NCBI GenBank assembly: GCA_963848635.1
Contig: CAWKEA010000002.1
Coordinates: forward strand, 13,464 to 77,463
Source: an uncultured bacterium
Lineage (GTDB): Bacteria; Patescibacteriota; Minisyncoccia; Phycocordibacterales; PALSA-1337
Reading direction: 5' to 3'
Length of the DNA: 64,000 nucleotides
The notes under the pieces are model-generated. The model was not told where the DNA came from. It saw only the letters and a program-made list of their open reading frames with translations, and made no database searches. The stretch's first letter is position 1; the number at the start of each line of letters is the position of its first letter. Positions 19,044 to 29,454 of this stretch are shown piece by piece. The position numbers were made by a program, and so were the translations under genes.

Positions 19044-20312
19044 TCACATCGGTATATTGGCTGGCGCTTCGCCCTTCTTTGACGGCACGCGGGTAAGCGT
19101 CGGGGTCGCCACGACTTGGCCCGGGAAATGATAGATGGTCGCGAGAGATTCCGAGCTCATGATCATAGGCTTGCCTTTATGCGGCGCATAAAAATACGAT
19201 CGTCGCTTGTACATAGCAAGCGAGCCTTCGGAATGGCCCTCTTTTTTCTTGCCACGAATATCCTGCCAAGGATAGCTTATACTTCCGTGCCATGCAGAGG
19301 CCGGCTTGAAGCCGTTCATGTGCTCGTTATTGAATTGCTTCCAGCTCCCGAGCATTCCGGCGATATTGGTCGGATTGAAATTGTCTTTTTGAGCCACATA
19401 CACGAGGCGTATGCCGACATCGAACCCGAGCTTTGAGATATTTCGCTCGATAGCAGCAATGATCTCCTCTTCGCCTTCGGTGAGATCGACTTTTTCCGCC
19501 TTATCTGCGCCTTCCTTTTTCTTCGTAGATTTGGTCTTCTCATCGCGATTCATCGTGTCATTGATTATCTTCTTTGCTTCCTCGCGCCATTTGTCATGCG
19601 ATTTCCAGATATGACCAGGCTTCGTATGATCGTCCTTTTTATACGCGCGGACGAGAATCTGTATCCAAGCTTGTTGATTCGCCCCGATCGATCCCAGAAA
19701 TTCAATGAGCGGCGCCATCGGATCGATCTTGAATTCTTCCTTTGGATCCTTGTTCAAGCCGTAATCGACATAGCTTTTTATGGGATACGAACTCTCCATC
19801 TTGCCGTCTTTATCCTTTGTAAAAGTAAGCTCTTCCGCCCAAACACTAACCGTGTCCTTGTCAAAATGCACCGACTGAGCATAATCTTCCACGTCATGGA
19901 CCTCGATGCCGGGAAACTGGGCGTAGAGCGAGGTCGAGATGAAATTCTTGAACGATTTCCTCATCCAGATAAAAAAATGTATCTGGCCTTCGATCGACAC
20001 GAGCTCGAGCGAGAACCATGGCCGCGTCTTGCCGAGCCAATATTTCGAATACCAGTCGCCTTCGCCTCCGGTCTGGTGGAGGGCTGTGAGAAATAGCTCC
20101 ATGGACGCCGGCGATTTCATGATCACTTTGGGCAATTTTATTTCGATCATAGCGTAGCTTTCCTTGAAAAAGAACTTCGCCCGGATGTATTCGACCCATT
20201 TATTGGCAAAGACAAGGAGCAAAACGAACATGACTGCCAAAGGCAGTAAAGCTATGACGATAACCTCTATTTGCTGAACCTGTACAGCTGACAAGCTTAT
20301 ATACTCGCTCAT
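19044..20312 (-). CDS. conserved membrane-anchored hypothetical protein (CPR-type)
   Basis: 422-aa ORF with N-terminal TM and a C-terminal ESLATIYHFP...GEAPANIP motif that I recall from CPR proteins. Confidence 0.65.
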   Translation of the reverse strand: MSEYISLSAVQVQQIEVIVIALLPLAVMFVLLLVFANKWVEYIRAKFFFKESYAMIEIKLPKVIMKSPASMELFLTALHQTGGEGDWYSKYWLGKTRPWFSLELVSIEGQIHFFIWMRKSFKNFISTSLYAQFPGIEVHDVEDYAQSVHFDKDTVSVWAEELTFTKDKDGKMESSYPIKSYVDYGLNKDPKEEFKIDPMAPLIEFLGSIGANQQAWIQILVRAYKKDDHTKPGHIWKSHDKWREEAKKIINDTMNRDEKTKSTKKKEGADKAEKVDLTEGEEEIIAAIERNISKLGFDVGIRLVYVAQKDNFNPTNIAGMLGSWKQFNNEHMNGFKPASAWHGSISYPWQDIRGKKKEGHSEGSLAMYKRRSYFYAPHKGKPMIMSSESLATIYHFPGQVVATPTLTRVPSKKGEAPANIPM

Positions 20313-20484
20313 ATAACAATCATACCATATACGATACAGACGTTAGTCACAGATTCCTTGCAATGCAAGATCGGATCTCTACGCATAGATCGGATCTTGT
20401 ATAAAGAAATCTTTATAATTATTTTAACTTTTCTTAATGGCTGTCTTTTATACTGTAGGAATTACTAGGTAAAAAATAAAAAAC

Positions 20485-21687
20485 ATGAGAAATAATGCGC
20501 AACGCGCGATCGGTGCAGTGGTTTTATTGATGATTGGTTTTATGGTGACGGAGAGCACTCCCTGCTTTGATTATTTCAACAAGCCTATTTTTGTCCATGC
20601 AAGCGTCATCCCTTCGCTCGACACTTTCACTGCGCGACCGCCGATACACATCTTCGCTGGCGCAACGGCAGGACCATCAGGCTTATCCCCTTCTCTTGTA
20701 AAAAAGGCGTACGGTTTGCCATCGACAGGCGGCGGAGGCACTATCGCTATCATTGCCGCCTTCAATCATCCGAATATCGCGAGCGATTTGGCGGCTTTTG
20801 TGAAAGAATTCTCATTGAGCTCGTGCACCTCCACAAACAAATGTCTCGAGATCCATCCGATGAATCCAGCGGCAAAAGACGACTCTGGCTGGTCAATGGA
20901 AACGGCTCTCGACACGGAATGGTCGCACGCCATAGCCCCCTCGGCAAAGATCCTCGTAGTCGAAGCGGCATCCGACAGCGGCACAAACCTCATGAGAGCA
21001 GTCGATTACGCCCGCACGAGAAGCGATGTCGTCGCCGTATCTATGAGCTGGGGCGGGAACGAATTCATTGGCGAGACGGATCTCGACAAGCATTTCGGAG
21101 CAAGCACTTCGATGGCATTCTTTGCATCGTCCGGTGACGACGGCGCCGGGGCCAGTTGGCCGGCGGCTTCGCCAAATGTCATATCAGTCGGAGGCACTTC
21201 CCTTATGCTCAGCATAAAAGGCGTCCTATCATCTGAAAAGGCATGGGCTGGATCAGGCGGCGGAACAAGCGCTTACGAAAGCGAGCCTGCATATCAAAGC
21301 GCTTATTCCATCCCGCGCGCAGGCGGCAAGCGCGCCATCCCTGACGTCGCATTTGCGGCAGATCCACGATATGGATTCTCTGTCTATCATGCGCCCGACT
21401 CTTCATCTTTGATCGCTTCTTCAAAGTCGTCTGTAAAGAATTGGTATGTCGTAGGCGGAACCTCGGCCGGTGCGCCGCAATGGGCCGCCATCGCCGCGCT
21501 CGCTTTTGCGGCAAAAGACCCTATTTCCCTATCAAAGCTTTACCAGGATAAAGCGGCCTCGTCATATGCAAAATTCTTCCGTGACATCACGAGCGGCGGC
21601 AACGGCGATTGTGCCTATTTTTGCACGGCACGCAAACATTACGACTATGTGACGGGATTAGGCTCGCCGGTGACGGATAAGTTTTGA
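20485..21687 (+). CDS. S53 (sedolisin-like) serine peptidase, secreted
   Basis: ETALD (E-x3-D), SSGDDG oxyanion Asp, GGTSAGAP, YDYVTGLGSP. Confidence 0.88.
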   Translation: MRNNAQRAIGAVVLLMIGFMVTESTPCFDYFNKPIFVHASVIPSLDTFTARPPIHIFAGATAGPSGLSPSLVKKAYGLPSTGGGGTIAIIAAFNHPNIASDLAAFVKEFSLSSCTSTNKCLEIHPMNPAAKDDSGWSMETALDTEWSHAIAPSAKILVVEAASDSGTNLMRAVDYARTRSDVVAVSMSWGGNEFIGETDLDKHFGASTSMAFFASSGDDGAGASWPAASPNVISVGGTSLMLSIKGVLSSEKAWAGSGGGTSAYESEPAYQSAYSIPRAGGKRAIPDVAFAADPRYGFSVYHAPDSSSLIASSKSSVKNWYVVGGTSAGAPQWAAIAALAFAAKDPISLSKLYQDKAASSYAKFFRDITSGGNGDCAYFCTARKHYDYVTGLGSPVTDKF

Positions 21688-21688
21688 C

Positions 21689-22591
21689 TCATTCCATCTC
21701 CCTCAAGATCCTTATCCTCTCTTCCGTCGGCGGATGCGTCATGAAAAGCTTGGCGATGCCGCGCGAGGCGCCTTTGCCGAAAGGGTTCGAGATATACAGG
21801 TGCGCCGTCGCGTTATTTGCGGTCGCCATGGGCCGGCCATAGCCTTCGATCTTTTCGAGGGCTGAGGCGAGGCCTTCGGGATAGCGGGTCAAGAGAGCGC
21901 CATCTGCGTCAGCGAGAAACTCGCGCTTTCTGGAAATCGCCAACTGGATGAGCTGGGCGACAATCGGCGAAAGAATGACGAAGACAATGCCGACAACAGC
22001 TAAAATAGCCCCGAATTGGCCGCCATTGCTGTTATTGTTGCGCCGATTTCCTCCGAAAAACATGCTCCTCGTAAAGATATTCGCGAGTATGGCTATGAAA
22101 CCGACGAGGACAACGACGACAGTCTGGAGCAATGTGTCGCGATTACCGATATGCGAGAGCTCATGAGCGATGACGCCGGACAACTCATTCTTGTCCATCA
22201 TACCGAGCAGTCCCTGCGTCACTGCCACGGCCGCATGATCCTTGTCGCGGCCTGTCGCGAATGCGTTTGGCGCCGCATCGGGAATTATGTAGATCCGCGG
22301 CATAGGCAGGCCGGCGGTGATAGCAAGATTCTCCACGACTTGAAACAATTGGATATTGTCTTCACTTTTCGCGGGAACCGCATGGGCAAGCGAAAGCGAT
22401 ATCTTGTCTGAATACCAATAGCTTCCGATATTCATCGCGAGAGCTATGGCTATAGCGATATAAAGGAAAGCGGGGCTCTCCCAATACCAGCTTATGAAAT
22501 AGCCCAGAGCAACCACAATGACCAAAAATACGGTCATCAAAAACCATGTTCGGCGGACGTTCTTATCTTGTTGAGTGTAGAGGGTCGCCAT
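21689..22591 (-). CDS. htpX: M48 zinc metalloprotease HtpX
   Basis: PNAFATG, HELSH, SRKREFLAD, THPP. Confidence 0.95.
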   Translation of the reverse strand: MATLYTQQDKNVRRTWFLMTVFLVIVVALGYFISWYWESPAFLYIAIAIALAMNIGSYWYSDKISLSLAHAVPAKSEDNIQLFQVVENLAITAGLPMPRIYIIPDAAPNAFATGRDKDHAAVAVTQGLLGMMDKNELSGVIAHELSHIGNRDTLLQTVVVVLVGFIAILANIFTRSMFFGGNRRNNNSNGGQFGAILAVVGIVFVILSPIVAQLIQLAISRKREFLADADGALLTRYPEGLASALEKIEGYGRPMATANNATAHLYISNPFGKGASRGIAKLFMTHPPTEERIRILREME

Positions 22592-22712
22592 GATATAAAC
22601 GCAAAAATCAAAATGCAAAAATCAAAATTGAAATGCAAAATCTCTTTATTAATTGATTCAACAATTTTTTGATACAGTTTTGAATTTTGAACTTTGAGTT
22701 TTGATTTATTTT

Positions 22713-23273
22713 CTAGAACTTCACCTGCACCGGCTCCTTTGCGGCCGCATCGCTTGCATCAAGCTGGAAGAAATCCATTCCCTTGAAACCAAAGGTCGAA
22801 GCGATCATACTACCTGGAAATACTTGGATAGAAGTATTGAAGTCGCGAACATTGCCGTTGTAGAATCGTCGAGCGGCCTGGATCTTGTCTTCCGTGTCGG
22901 TCAATTCCGATTGGAGCGAGAGGAAATTCTGGTTGGCTTTCAAATCCGGATATGCCTCGGAGACGGCAAAGAGCGACTTGAGCGCGCCAGCCAACTGATT
23001 TTCGGCAACGCCTTTGTCGGCGAGGCCAGTAGCGCCCATGGCGGCAGTTCGAGCATTCGTCACATCTTCAAAGACCGTCTTCTCGTGCGCGGCATAGCCC
23101 TTGACCGTTTCCACAAGGTTCGGGATGAGATCATAGCGGCGCTTGAGCTGAACATCGATGTCGGCCCATGATTCCTGAGCTCGATTCCGAGAGCGGACCA
23201 GGCCGTTGAAAGCGATGATCGCCCAGAGGACCAAAATTACGATTATAGCGAGAATGATATATGTGATGATCAT
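22713..23273 (-). CDS. lemA: LemA family protein
   Basis: QLKRRYDLIPNLVETVKGYA, EAYPDLKAN; typical lemA-htpX pair. Confidence 0.95.
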   Translation of the reverse strand: MIITYIILAIIVILVLWAIIAFNGLVRSRNRAQESWADIDVQLKRRYDLIPNLVETVKGYAAHEKTVFEDVTNARTAAMGATGLADKGVAENQLAGALKSLFAVSEAYPDLKANQNFLSLQSELTDTEDKIQAARRFYNGNVRDFNTSIQVFPGSMIASTFGFKGMDFFQLDASDAAAKEPVQVKF

Positions 23274-23331
23274 GACTTTTGGGGGGTTATTTGATAATTA
23301 AGATTCCAAATTCGAAGCGCCGAGTTGGTGC

Positions 23332-24033
23332 TTATTTTCCCGTGCTCGTCGATGTCGGATGGTAGCTCGTTTCAGGCTGTCCTGTAGGCAGTGTCAAGAA
23401 AGCGAACGATTGGACGACTGATTTGAAAGCGGCGTCGGCATCGTTGACCTGGCTTTGGCTGTTGGCGTTGATCTTTGAAACATCAGAAGTCGAAAAGCCT
23501 TTCGTCGTCGGATCGAGAGTCACTGATTCAAAGGTGAACATATAGCAGACATTGCCCTTTTGTAGAGAATAGAGCTGATCGAAATAACCGCGGCCGTCGA
23601 CTGAGTTCTGCATCGAGACGGTATCGAACGAGAGGCTTCCGACCGAGAGGGTGCTCTTGTCTTTGATGGTCACAACAGGAGGAAAAGCGCAGTTGCCCGA
23701 GAGAACCTGTACTGAGGCATCGAGAGTACCGATGGCTGTTTGCGGAAATTGGTCAGGGATAATGAATGTCACGCCCGCTGGAGCGCTCTCCGTCTGCCAA
23801 CTGGTAGGGTAGTTGACAGAAAAGCCGAGTTCCTGGTTCTCGAACTGTGACAAGGACGCCGAGAGCTTGTTATCCTGGACAGGGCTGACTGATCCAGACA
23901 AGCTCGAACCGGAAGACAAAGTGTTTCCGCCACCTGGGCCCATTTCATAGTTCTGATATAAATGGACGACGAGAATGACTACAGCAATTATAATGATTAC
24001 TACGGCGGTCCATATGATTGATTGTTTTTTCAT
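23332..24033 (-). CDS. membrane-anchored exported protein (PsbP-like fold)
   Basis: N-terminal TM, FENQELGFSVNYP..W, paired Cys. Confidence 0.6.
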   Translation of the reverse strand: MKKQSIIWTAVVIIIIAVVILVVHLYQNYEMGPGGGNTLSSGSSLSGSVSPVQDNKLSASLSQFENQELGFSVNYPTSWQTESAPAGVTFIIPDQFPQTAIGTLDASVQVLSGNCAFPPVVTIKDKSTLSVGSLSFDTVSMQNSVDGRGYFDQLYSLQKGNVCYMFTFESVTLDPTTKGFSTSDVSKINANSQSQVNDADAAFKSVVQSFAFLTLPTGQPETSYHPTSTSTGK

Positions 24034-24061
24034 AGTTTCTCAAGTATATCAAAATAGACGC

Positions 24062-24781
24062 TTATTGTGAAGCGCCCGAGGAAAAAGTCCCGACCATCGC
24101 CCCGATTATGGCTTCAACCTTGGACAACTCGGCGCTGTGGATATCGTCTGCAGTTTTGATCGCGGCAGGATCAGACAGGTAGAGGCCCGCCCCGTTCGCG
24201 CCATGGTCGAACAGCGTTATCCTATAGCATAGTCCATTGGCTAAAGTATCATACGTGATCGTCAGATATCTATTGCCGGCCCCGACATCGCTGACCTGGT
24301 TCTCGATGAATGCCATGCCATTCTCGTTGAAAGCCTGGGGGGCATTGTCGATAGGCCCAGGTGCAACAGCCAAACATGTCGAGCTCGCGGTCACGATGAC
24401 ATACGCCTCATCAGCAAGGACAGTCGTGAAATAAATGCTCTTTGGAAATTGAAGGGCAAGAAGATACGGCCCATCGATAGTCGGGATGACGCTCGTGCTC
24501 ACCGTAAGATCGGCGGGATATCGTATGCTGAATGGTGTTTGCGCGTCTGAAAATGTTTTCCAAGACGAAGTATCGATAGAAGAAATAGGCGAAGTTGAAG
24601 AAGACTGTCCTGTAGTTTGAGTCGAGGAGGCCTGCAATCGATCGTTTAATGAGCTTGACGTCGTTACCCCAACGCCTGTCGATTGGTCTACAAGGTCAAA
24701 GATGAGAAAAACCACGGCTACGATTATCACGAAGACGAGGATCGCTAAAGCTATTTTTGATGATTTTTTTGACGAGTTCAT
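24062..24781 (-). CDS. membrane-anchored exported protein (PsbP-like fold)
   Basis: TM, WKTFSD...FSIRYP, paired Cys; ATG 24781 lies 6 nt after TATAAT. Confidence 0.6.
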   Translation of the reverse strand: MNSSKKSSKIALAILVFVIIVAVVFLIFDLVDQSTGVGVTTSSSLNDRLQASSTQTTGQSSSTSPISSIDTSSWKTFSDAQTPFSIRYPADLTVSTSVIPTIDGPYLLALQFPKSIYFTTVLADEAYVIVTASSTCLAVAPGPIDNAPQAFNENGMAFIENQVSDVGAGNRYLTITYDTLANGLCYRITLFDHGANGAGLYLSDPAAIKTADDIHSAELSKVEAIIGAMVGTFSSGASQ

Positions 24782-24961
24782 GGGATCATTATACAACAGA
24801 ATTGCGATCAATAAAAGACGGCTTCCCCTCGCCACGAGTTCCGAACAAAATCGTCCCGGTATGTCTCAGGACTGGATCCATCATTCTTACAACAAGCTAT
24901 GATTGCAATTGCTCTTCAATCCGATATAGTAAAGGCGGAGAACTTTTACAGCACACTAAGT

Positions 24962-26329
24962 ATGAATACTAACTACCCTCAGCATTACTGCGGCGTCTTT
25001 GGAATAAAAGACATGCCGCAAGCGTCGAACTACGCATTCAACGGATTGTTCGCTCTGCAACACCGCGGCCAGGAAAGTGCCGGGATCATCAGCACTGACG
25101 GAAAGGAGTTCCATAAGCATATCGCTATGGGGCTCGTGCGGGAAGTCTTCATAGACCCTATATTGACAAGTCTCAAAGGCACGATGGCGATCGGCCACAA
25201 CCGATACGCTACGACCGGCGAATCGAGGGTCGGCAATGCACAGCCACTGTCTGTTGCGTGCAAGCTGGGCAAGATCGCTCTCGCCCATAACGGCAACCTG
25301 ACGAACACCGCCGCTCTCCGGACCGATATGGAAAACAGAGGCGCGGCATTCCAAACGAGCACGGACAGCGAAGTGATGCTGTTCCTCCTCGCGCAATCGG
25401 ATGGCCCGCTCGAGCTTGCCATACGAGACATGATGGCAAAAGTGGAAGGCGCATATTCCCTCGTCATCATGACGGAGGATTCGCTCGTCGCGGTGCGCGA
25501 TCCGCATGGGTTTCGACCGCTCTCTATCGGCACGCTCGACGGCAATCCGGTCATCGCGAGCGAGACGTGCGCATTCGATATGATCGGTGCGCGCTTCGAA
25601 CGCGATGTCGAACCGGGTGAAATAGTCATATTCAAAGAAAACACTGTCCGCTCCTTGCAGGCAGATGATCGTCCGTCGACAAGTTTCTGCGCGTTCGAAA
25701 AGATATATTTTGCCCGGCCCGACAGCAATATGGGAGGTAAAAGCATCTACGACCTCCGTGTCGAAATGGGAAAAAGGCTCGCCCTCGAATACCCTATCGA
25801 AGCAGATGCCGTCGTGCCGATTCTCGATGGCGGATATCATGCCGCGCATGGATATGCACAGGCTCGAGGGATAGAGCTCGTCGAAGCCTTCGTCCGCAAT
25901 CATTATGCGCTCAGGAGTTTCATAAAGCCTACCCAAGCTGGACGCGACCTTACGGTCAACTTCAAGCTGAACCTCATACCAAGTCTGGTGAAGGGCAAGC
26001 GCGTAGTCATCGTAGACGATTCCATTGTCCGCGGTACGACATGCCGTGCCAGAGTAAAAAAAGTCCGCCAGGCTGGCGCTCGCGAAGTGCACCTCCTCGT
26101 CAGCTGTCCGCCGCACATGCATCCCTGCTATTACGGCATCGACTTCCCTGACCCGAGCAAGCTCATCGCGGCAAATCACACCCGAGAACAGATACGAGTC
26201 GACCTCGGCCTCGACTCTCTCGGCTATCTGTCCGAAGGAGGGCTCATAGAAGTCCTTGGCCCGGGCCATTGCCTCGCCTGTTGGAACGGCAAGTATCCCA
26301 CAGCGCACGAAGACGCCGTTCACCTTTGA
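24962..26329 (+). CDS. purF: amidophosphoribosyltransferase
   Basis: Propeptide + CGVFG (Cys1), LQHRGQESAGI, HNGNL, VDDSIVRGTT, Fe-S Cys (CAFE, PCYYGID, CLAC). Confidence 0.96.
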   Translation: MNTNYPQHYCGVFGIKDMPQASNYAFNGLFALQHRGQESAGIISTDGKEFHKHIAMGLVREVFIDPILTSLKGTMAIGHNRYATTGESRVGNAQPLSVACKLGKIALAHNGNLTNTAALRTDMENRGAAFQTSTDSEVMLFLLAQSDGPLELAIRDMMAKVEGAYSLVIMTEDSLVAVRDPHGFRPLSIGTLDGNPVIASETCAFDMIGARFERDVEPGEIVIFKENTVRSLQADDRPSTSFCAFEKIYFARPDSNMGGKSIYDLRVEMGKRLALEYPIEADAVVPILDGGYHAAHGYAQARGIELVEAFVRNHYALRSFIKPTQAGRDLTVNFKLNLIPSLVKGKRVVIVDDSIVRGTTCRARVKKVRQAGAREVHLLVSCPPHMHPCYYGIDFPDPSKLIAANHTREQIRVDLGLDSLGYLSEGGLIEVLGPGHCLACWNGKYPTAHEDAVHL

Positions 26330-26492
26330 ACTGATCTATGATACATACCACCCACCCGGAGCGATTCGGGTGGTTTTTTCTTCTTTAGCGATTTTACTGG
26401 CAATCATTTCTTGTAAAATTTTTATATATAAAAAATACAGATCCCGGAAAATTTATCCCCATGAAAGATCGATGCGCGACGAGCAGCTACCC

Positions 26493-28268
26493 TCAATTCA
26501 TGCCAGCCATATTTTTAATATCTGAAGAATCTTCCAGATGCTTCCGCGAGCGGCGGGCAAAAACAGTCAGGACGACGATCATGGCGATCGATAGCGCGAC
26601 GATGGCTGATTCGCCGATGCCGAGACCGGCAGTGGCGGAAGTCGCGGCAGTTGCCGCATCAGGAATCATCCACTCTGCATAATAAGCCTGAATATACGTG
26701 ATAGCGCATATGATGAGCACAAGGCCGATGCTGTGCAAAATAGTGAATCGAAACAGCCGCCCTTCTTGTCCAGTCAGTCTTGTTGAAGCTGTCGCTACTG
26801 CAATGCTTTGAGGTGATATCATTTTCGCGGCCACCCCGCCGCTTGAATTGGCGGCGACGGTCAAGACAGGGTTGAGACCGAGGGAACGGGCAGTCTGGGA
26901 TTGGATTGTGCTAAAAAGAGCATTGGAAGACGTATCGCTACCTGTAATGAAGACACCGAACCAGCCGAGGAGAGGCGCGAGAAACGGAAAGAATCTTCCC
27001 GTTCCAGTCAGGGCATCGCCAATGGCGATCGACATACCAGAATAGTTTGCGACGTAGGCAAATCCGACGATCGAACCGATAGTGATGAGAGGTTTATACA
27101 ATTCCTTTATCGTCAAGAGCGCCGTAAGCCAAAAATCTTTCCACGAGACACGGAGAAGTATCGCGGTAAGGATCGCGGCAAAAAGTATAGCCGTCCCCGC
27201 GGCGCCGAGCCAAGCAAAAGAATAGCTTATCTGAAGGAATGCCCCATTGCTCATTATCGAGCCATTGAGCATTCCAAAAGGAACGACCAAGGTTGCCTTT
27301 CCAAGGATAGTCTGAATGCCTGGGATTCCCCAGTTGCCGACGAATATGACGAGCAGAAGAAACGGCGTCCACGCGCGCACAAGCTCGCCAAAGCTATGAT
27401 GCGGACGAAGCGGATGCGAAACGCCTTCTAACCTCTCTTTTGGGAAACGCCAGATTTCAGCAGGATGCCAAAAACGAAGAAGAAGGATCAAACAGAGGAT
27501 CGAAACGATCGCTGATAGGACATCTGGTAGCGTCGGCCCAAAATAGCTCGCTGTGAAAAACATCGTTACCGCATATGAACCTCCTACAGTGAGTATCGCG
27601 GGCCAGATCGCCTTAGCCCCTTTCCACCCAGCAACAATGATCACGAGCCACAGCGGAACGATGAGAGCTATGATCGGTAGCTGGTGAGCGATCATCTTGC
27701 TCAAGATATTCGGATCGATGTTGGTCAGATGTCCCGCGGTTATGACTGCGATGCCAATACCGCCAAAAGCCACAGGGGCTGTATTAGCTATGAGGCAAAC
27801 GCCAGCCGCATAAAGAGAATCAAAGCCAAGACCCACCAACATACCGGCAGTGATAGCGACAGGCGCACCGAAACCAGCCGATCCTTCAAGGAAGGCGCCA
27901 AAACAAAAGGCTATAAGAAGCGCCTGAATGCGCCGGTCGGCGGTGACTGATTCGATGCTGTCGCGCACGATAGCAAAGCTTCCGCTCTTGACGCTTATGT
28001 TATACAAGAAAACCGCTGAGAGCACGATCCAACCGATCGGAAACAGGCCATTAAGTACGCCATAGAATCCTGCCATCCCAGCCAATCCGACAGGCATCGC
28101 ATATACAGTGACTGCGATCACAAGCCCGGTAAGCAAAGTCAATAGAGTCGCAATATGGCCGGCGACCTTACGGCTCAAGAGTAAAATGAACAAAAAGACT
28201 ATAGGAATCGTGGCCACACCCGCGGAAAGAATCACATTATGGAGAGGATCTATTGCTTGTTGCCACAT
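26493..28268 (-). CDS. L-lactate/glycolate permease (LctP/LldP family)
   Basis: DRRIQALLIAFCFGAFLEG.AGFG.PVAI, TGSDTSSNALF, KMISPQSIAVA. Confidence 0.93.
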   Translation of the reverse strand: MWQQAIDPLHNVILSAGVATIPIVFLFILLLSRKVAGHIATLLTLLTGLVIAVTVYAMPVGLAGMAGFYGVLNGLFPIGWIVLSAVFLYNISVKSGSFAIVRDSIESVTADRRIQALLIAFCFGAFLEGSAGFGAPVAITAGMLVGLGFDSLYAAGVCLIANTAPVAFGGIGIAVITAGHLTNIDPNILSKMIAHQLPIIALIVPLWLVIIVAGWKGAKAIWPAILTVGGSYAVTMFFTASYFGPTLPDVLSAIVSILCLILLLRFWHPAEIWRFPKERLEGVSHPLRPHHSFGELVRAWTPFLLLVIFVGNWGIPGIQTILGKATLVVPFGMLNGSIMSNGAFLQISYSFAWLGAAGTAILFAAILTAILLRVSWKDFWLTALLTIKELYKPLITIGSIVGFAYVANYSGMSIAIGDALTGTGRFFPFLAPLLGWFGVFITGSDTSSNALFSTIQSQTARSLGLNPVLTVAANSSGGVAAKMISPQSIAVATASTRLTGQEGRLFRFTILHSIGLVLIICAITYIQAYYAEWMIPDAATAATSATAGLGIGESAIVALSIAMIVVLTVFARRSRKHLEDSSDIKNMAGMN

Positions 28269-28379
28269 ATTTGTGTTAGCTTCATTTTATGAAGATAATC
28301 ATATCACAATGGCCGCTCGCGATATGCACCATATTTCACGCTGTAAGCGTATATAAAGTGAAAGCAACCACTAACTACG

Positions 28380-29423
28380 ATGACTAAGTCACCCCAAAGC
28401 TTATTTTTCGCGCCTATTTGTTGTGCCGCCGTTATCGGAGCGACGCTGGCCTTGTGCGCGCATGCCGCAGTGACGCCGACATTAGTTTTGAACAATCTCG
28501 GCAATAATCAGGTACAGGTAACTGTCACTGGCGATCCTAATCAGCCAATAAGCCTTTACTATTACACCCAATACCCTACCCTTGCGACAAATGCAGGAAC
28601 AATCGGCTACACGGCGAGCAATGAGTATTTTTCCACCAACCTTTTGTCTGGACAATACAATATCCCGTCAAACGCTTATGTCTATGTCATGGTAGATGGC
28701 GCGGTATCATCGCCTATCGAATGGCCTTACAATAGCACTATTTATTCAAGCACAAACCAAGTCACCTTCAGCCAAAATAACATCTCGATCGCTCCGAACC
28801 AGACGATGCAGATCATAGTATACGGCGGCTCTGGCGCGTATTATGTTTCCCAAAATTCTTCTTTGGTCAGCGCCGCTTTAAATGGCGATACTCTGACTCT
28901 TTCCGGTAACGAGAACGAGAGTGGATCAGGTTCGCTCGTCATTTGCTCCAGCAGTAGTTCATGCGGCACTTTATATTTGAACATAACTGCCCCGACATAC
29001 ACGTATCAATATCCGACTGCATATCAAACACTCACACCGATATCCCTGAGTCAAAGCGCGATCAGTCTCCGCGCAGGCCAACAAGAATATATAAATATAT
29101 ACGGCAATGGAAGCTATTATCTTTACAGCAATTCGAATCAATACTCAGTCACAAGCGGCATAAGCGGCAGTACGCTTTGGATAAACGGCCTTGAGCCTGG
29201 AATATCTTATGTCGTGGTCTGCGGAAGCCTCGGCTCTTCATGTGCGACGCTCTATGTTGACGTAGGGGCGCCTCTCGCATACACTGCTCCGCCTGCCTAT
29301 TATTCGGAGCCTCAGCAAATCTATTATCCGCAACCTGTCATCCAACAAGGCTTCCGACCGATCACGTATATGTTCCAACCGGTAGCGCGGTATCTCTCGT
29401 ATCTGTACCCAAGGAATTGGTAA
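28380..29423 (+). CDS. exported Ser/Thr/Tyr-rich surface protein with two repeated beta-rich domains
   Basis: Signal peptide; two similar units (FSQNNISI...YGG.G.YY...C / LSQSAISL...YGNG.YY...C). Confidence 0.65.
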   Translation: MTKSPQSLFFAPICCAAVIGATLALCAHAAVTPTLVLNNLGNNQVQVTVTGDPNQPISLYYYTQYPTLATNAGTIGYTASNEYFSTNLLSGQYNIPSNAYVYVMVDGAVSSPIEWPYNSTIYSSTNQVTFSQNNISIAPNQTMQIIVYGGSGAYYVSQNSSLVSAALNGDTLTLSGNENESGSGSLVICSSSSSCGTLYLNITAPTYTYQYPTAYQTLTPISLSQSAISLRAGQQEYINIYGNGSYYLYSNSNQYSVTSGISGSTLWINGLEPGISYVVVCGSLGSSCATLYVDVGAPLAYTAPPAYYSEPQQIYYPQPVIQQGFRPITYMFQPVARYLSYLYPRNW

Positions 29424-29454
29424 TAAGTGGTATTATTCTTTCATCATTAATTCG

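Noticed and set aside
24956-26323. 455-aa antisense ORF over purF (also 7709-8674, 1855-2628, 39109-39963, 37759-38418)
   Set aside because: These are shadow ORFs on the reverse strand of well-supported genes, with no recognisable motifs.
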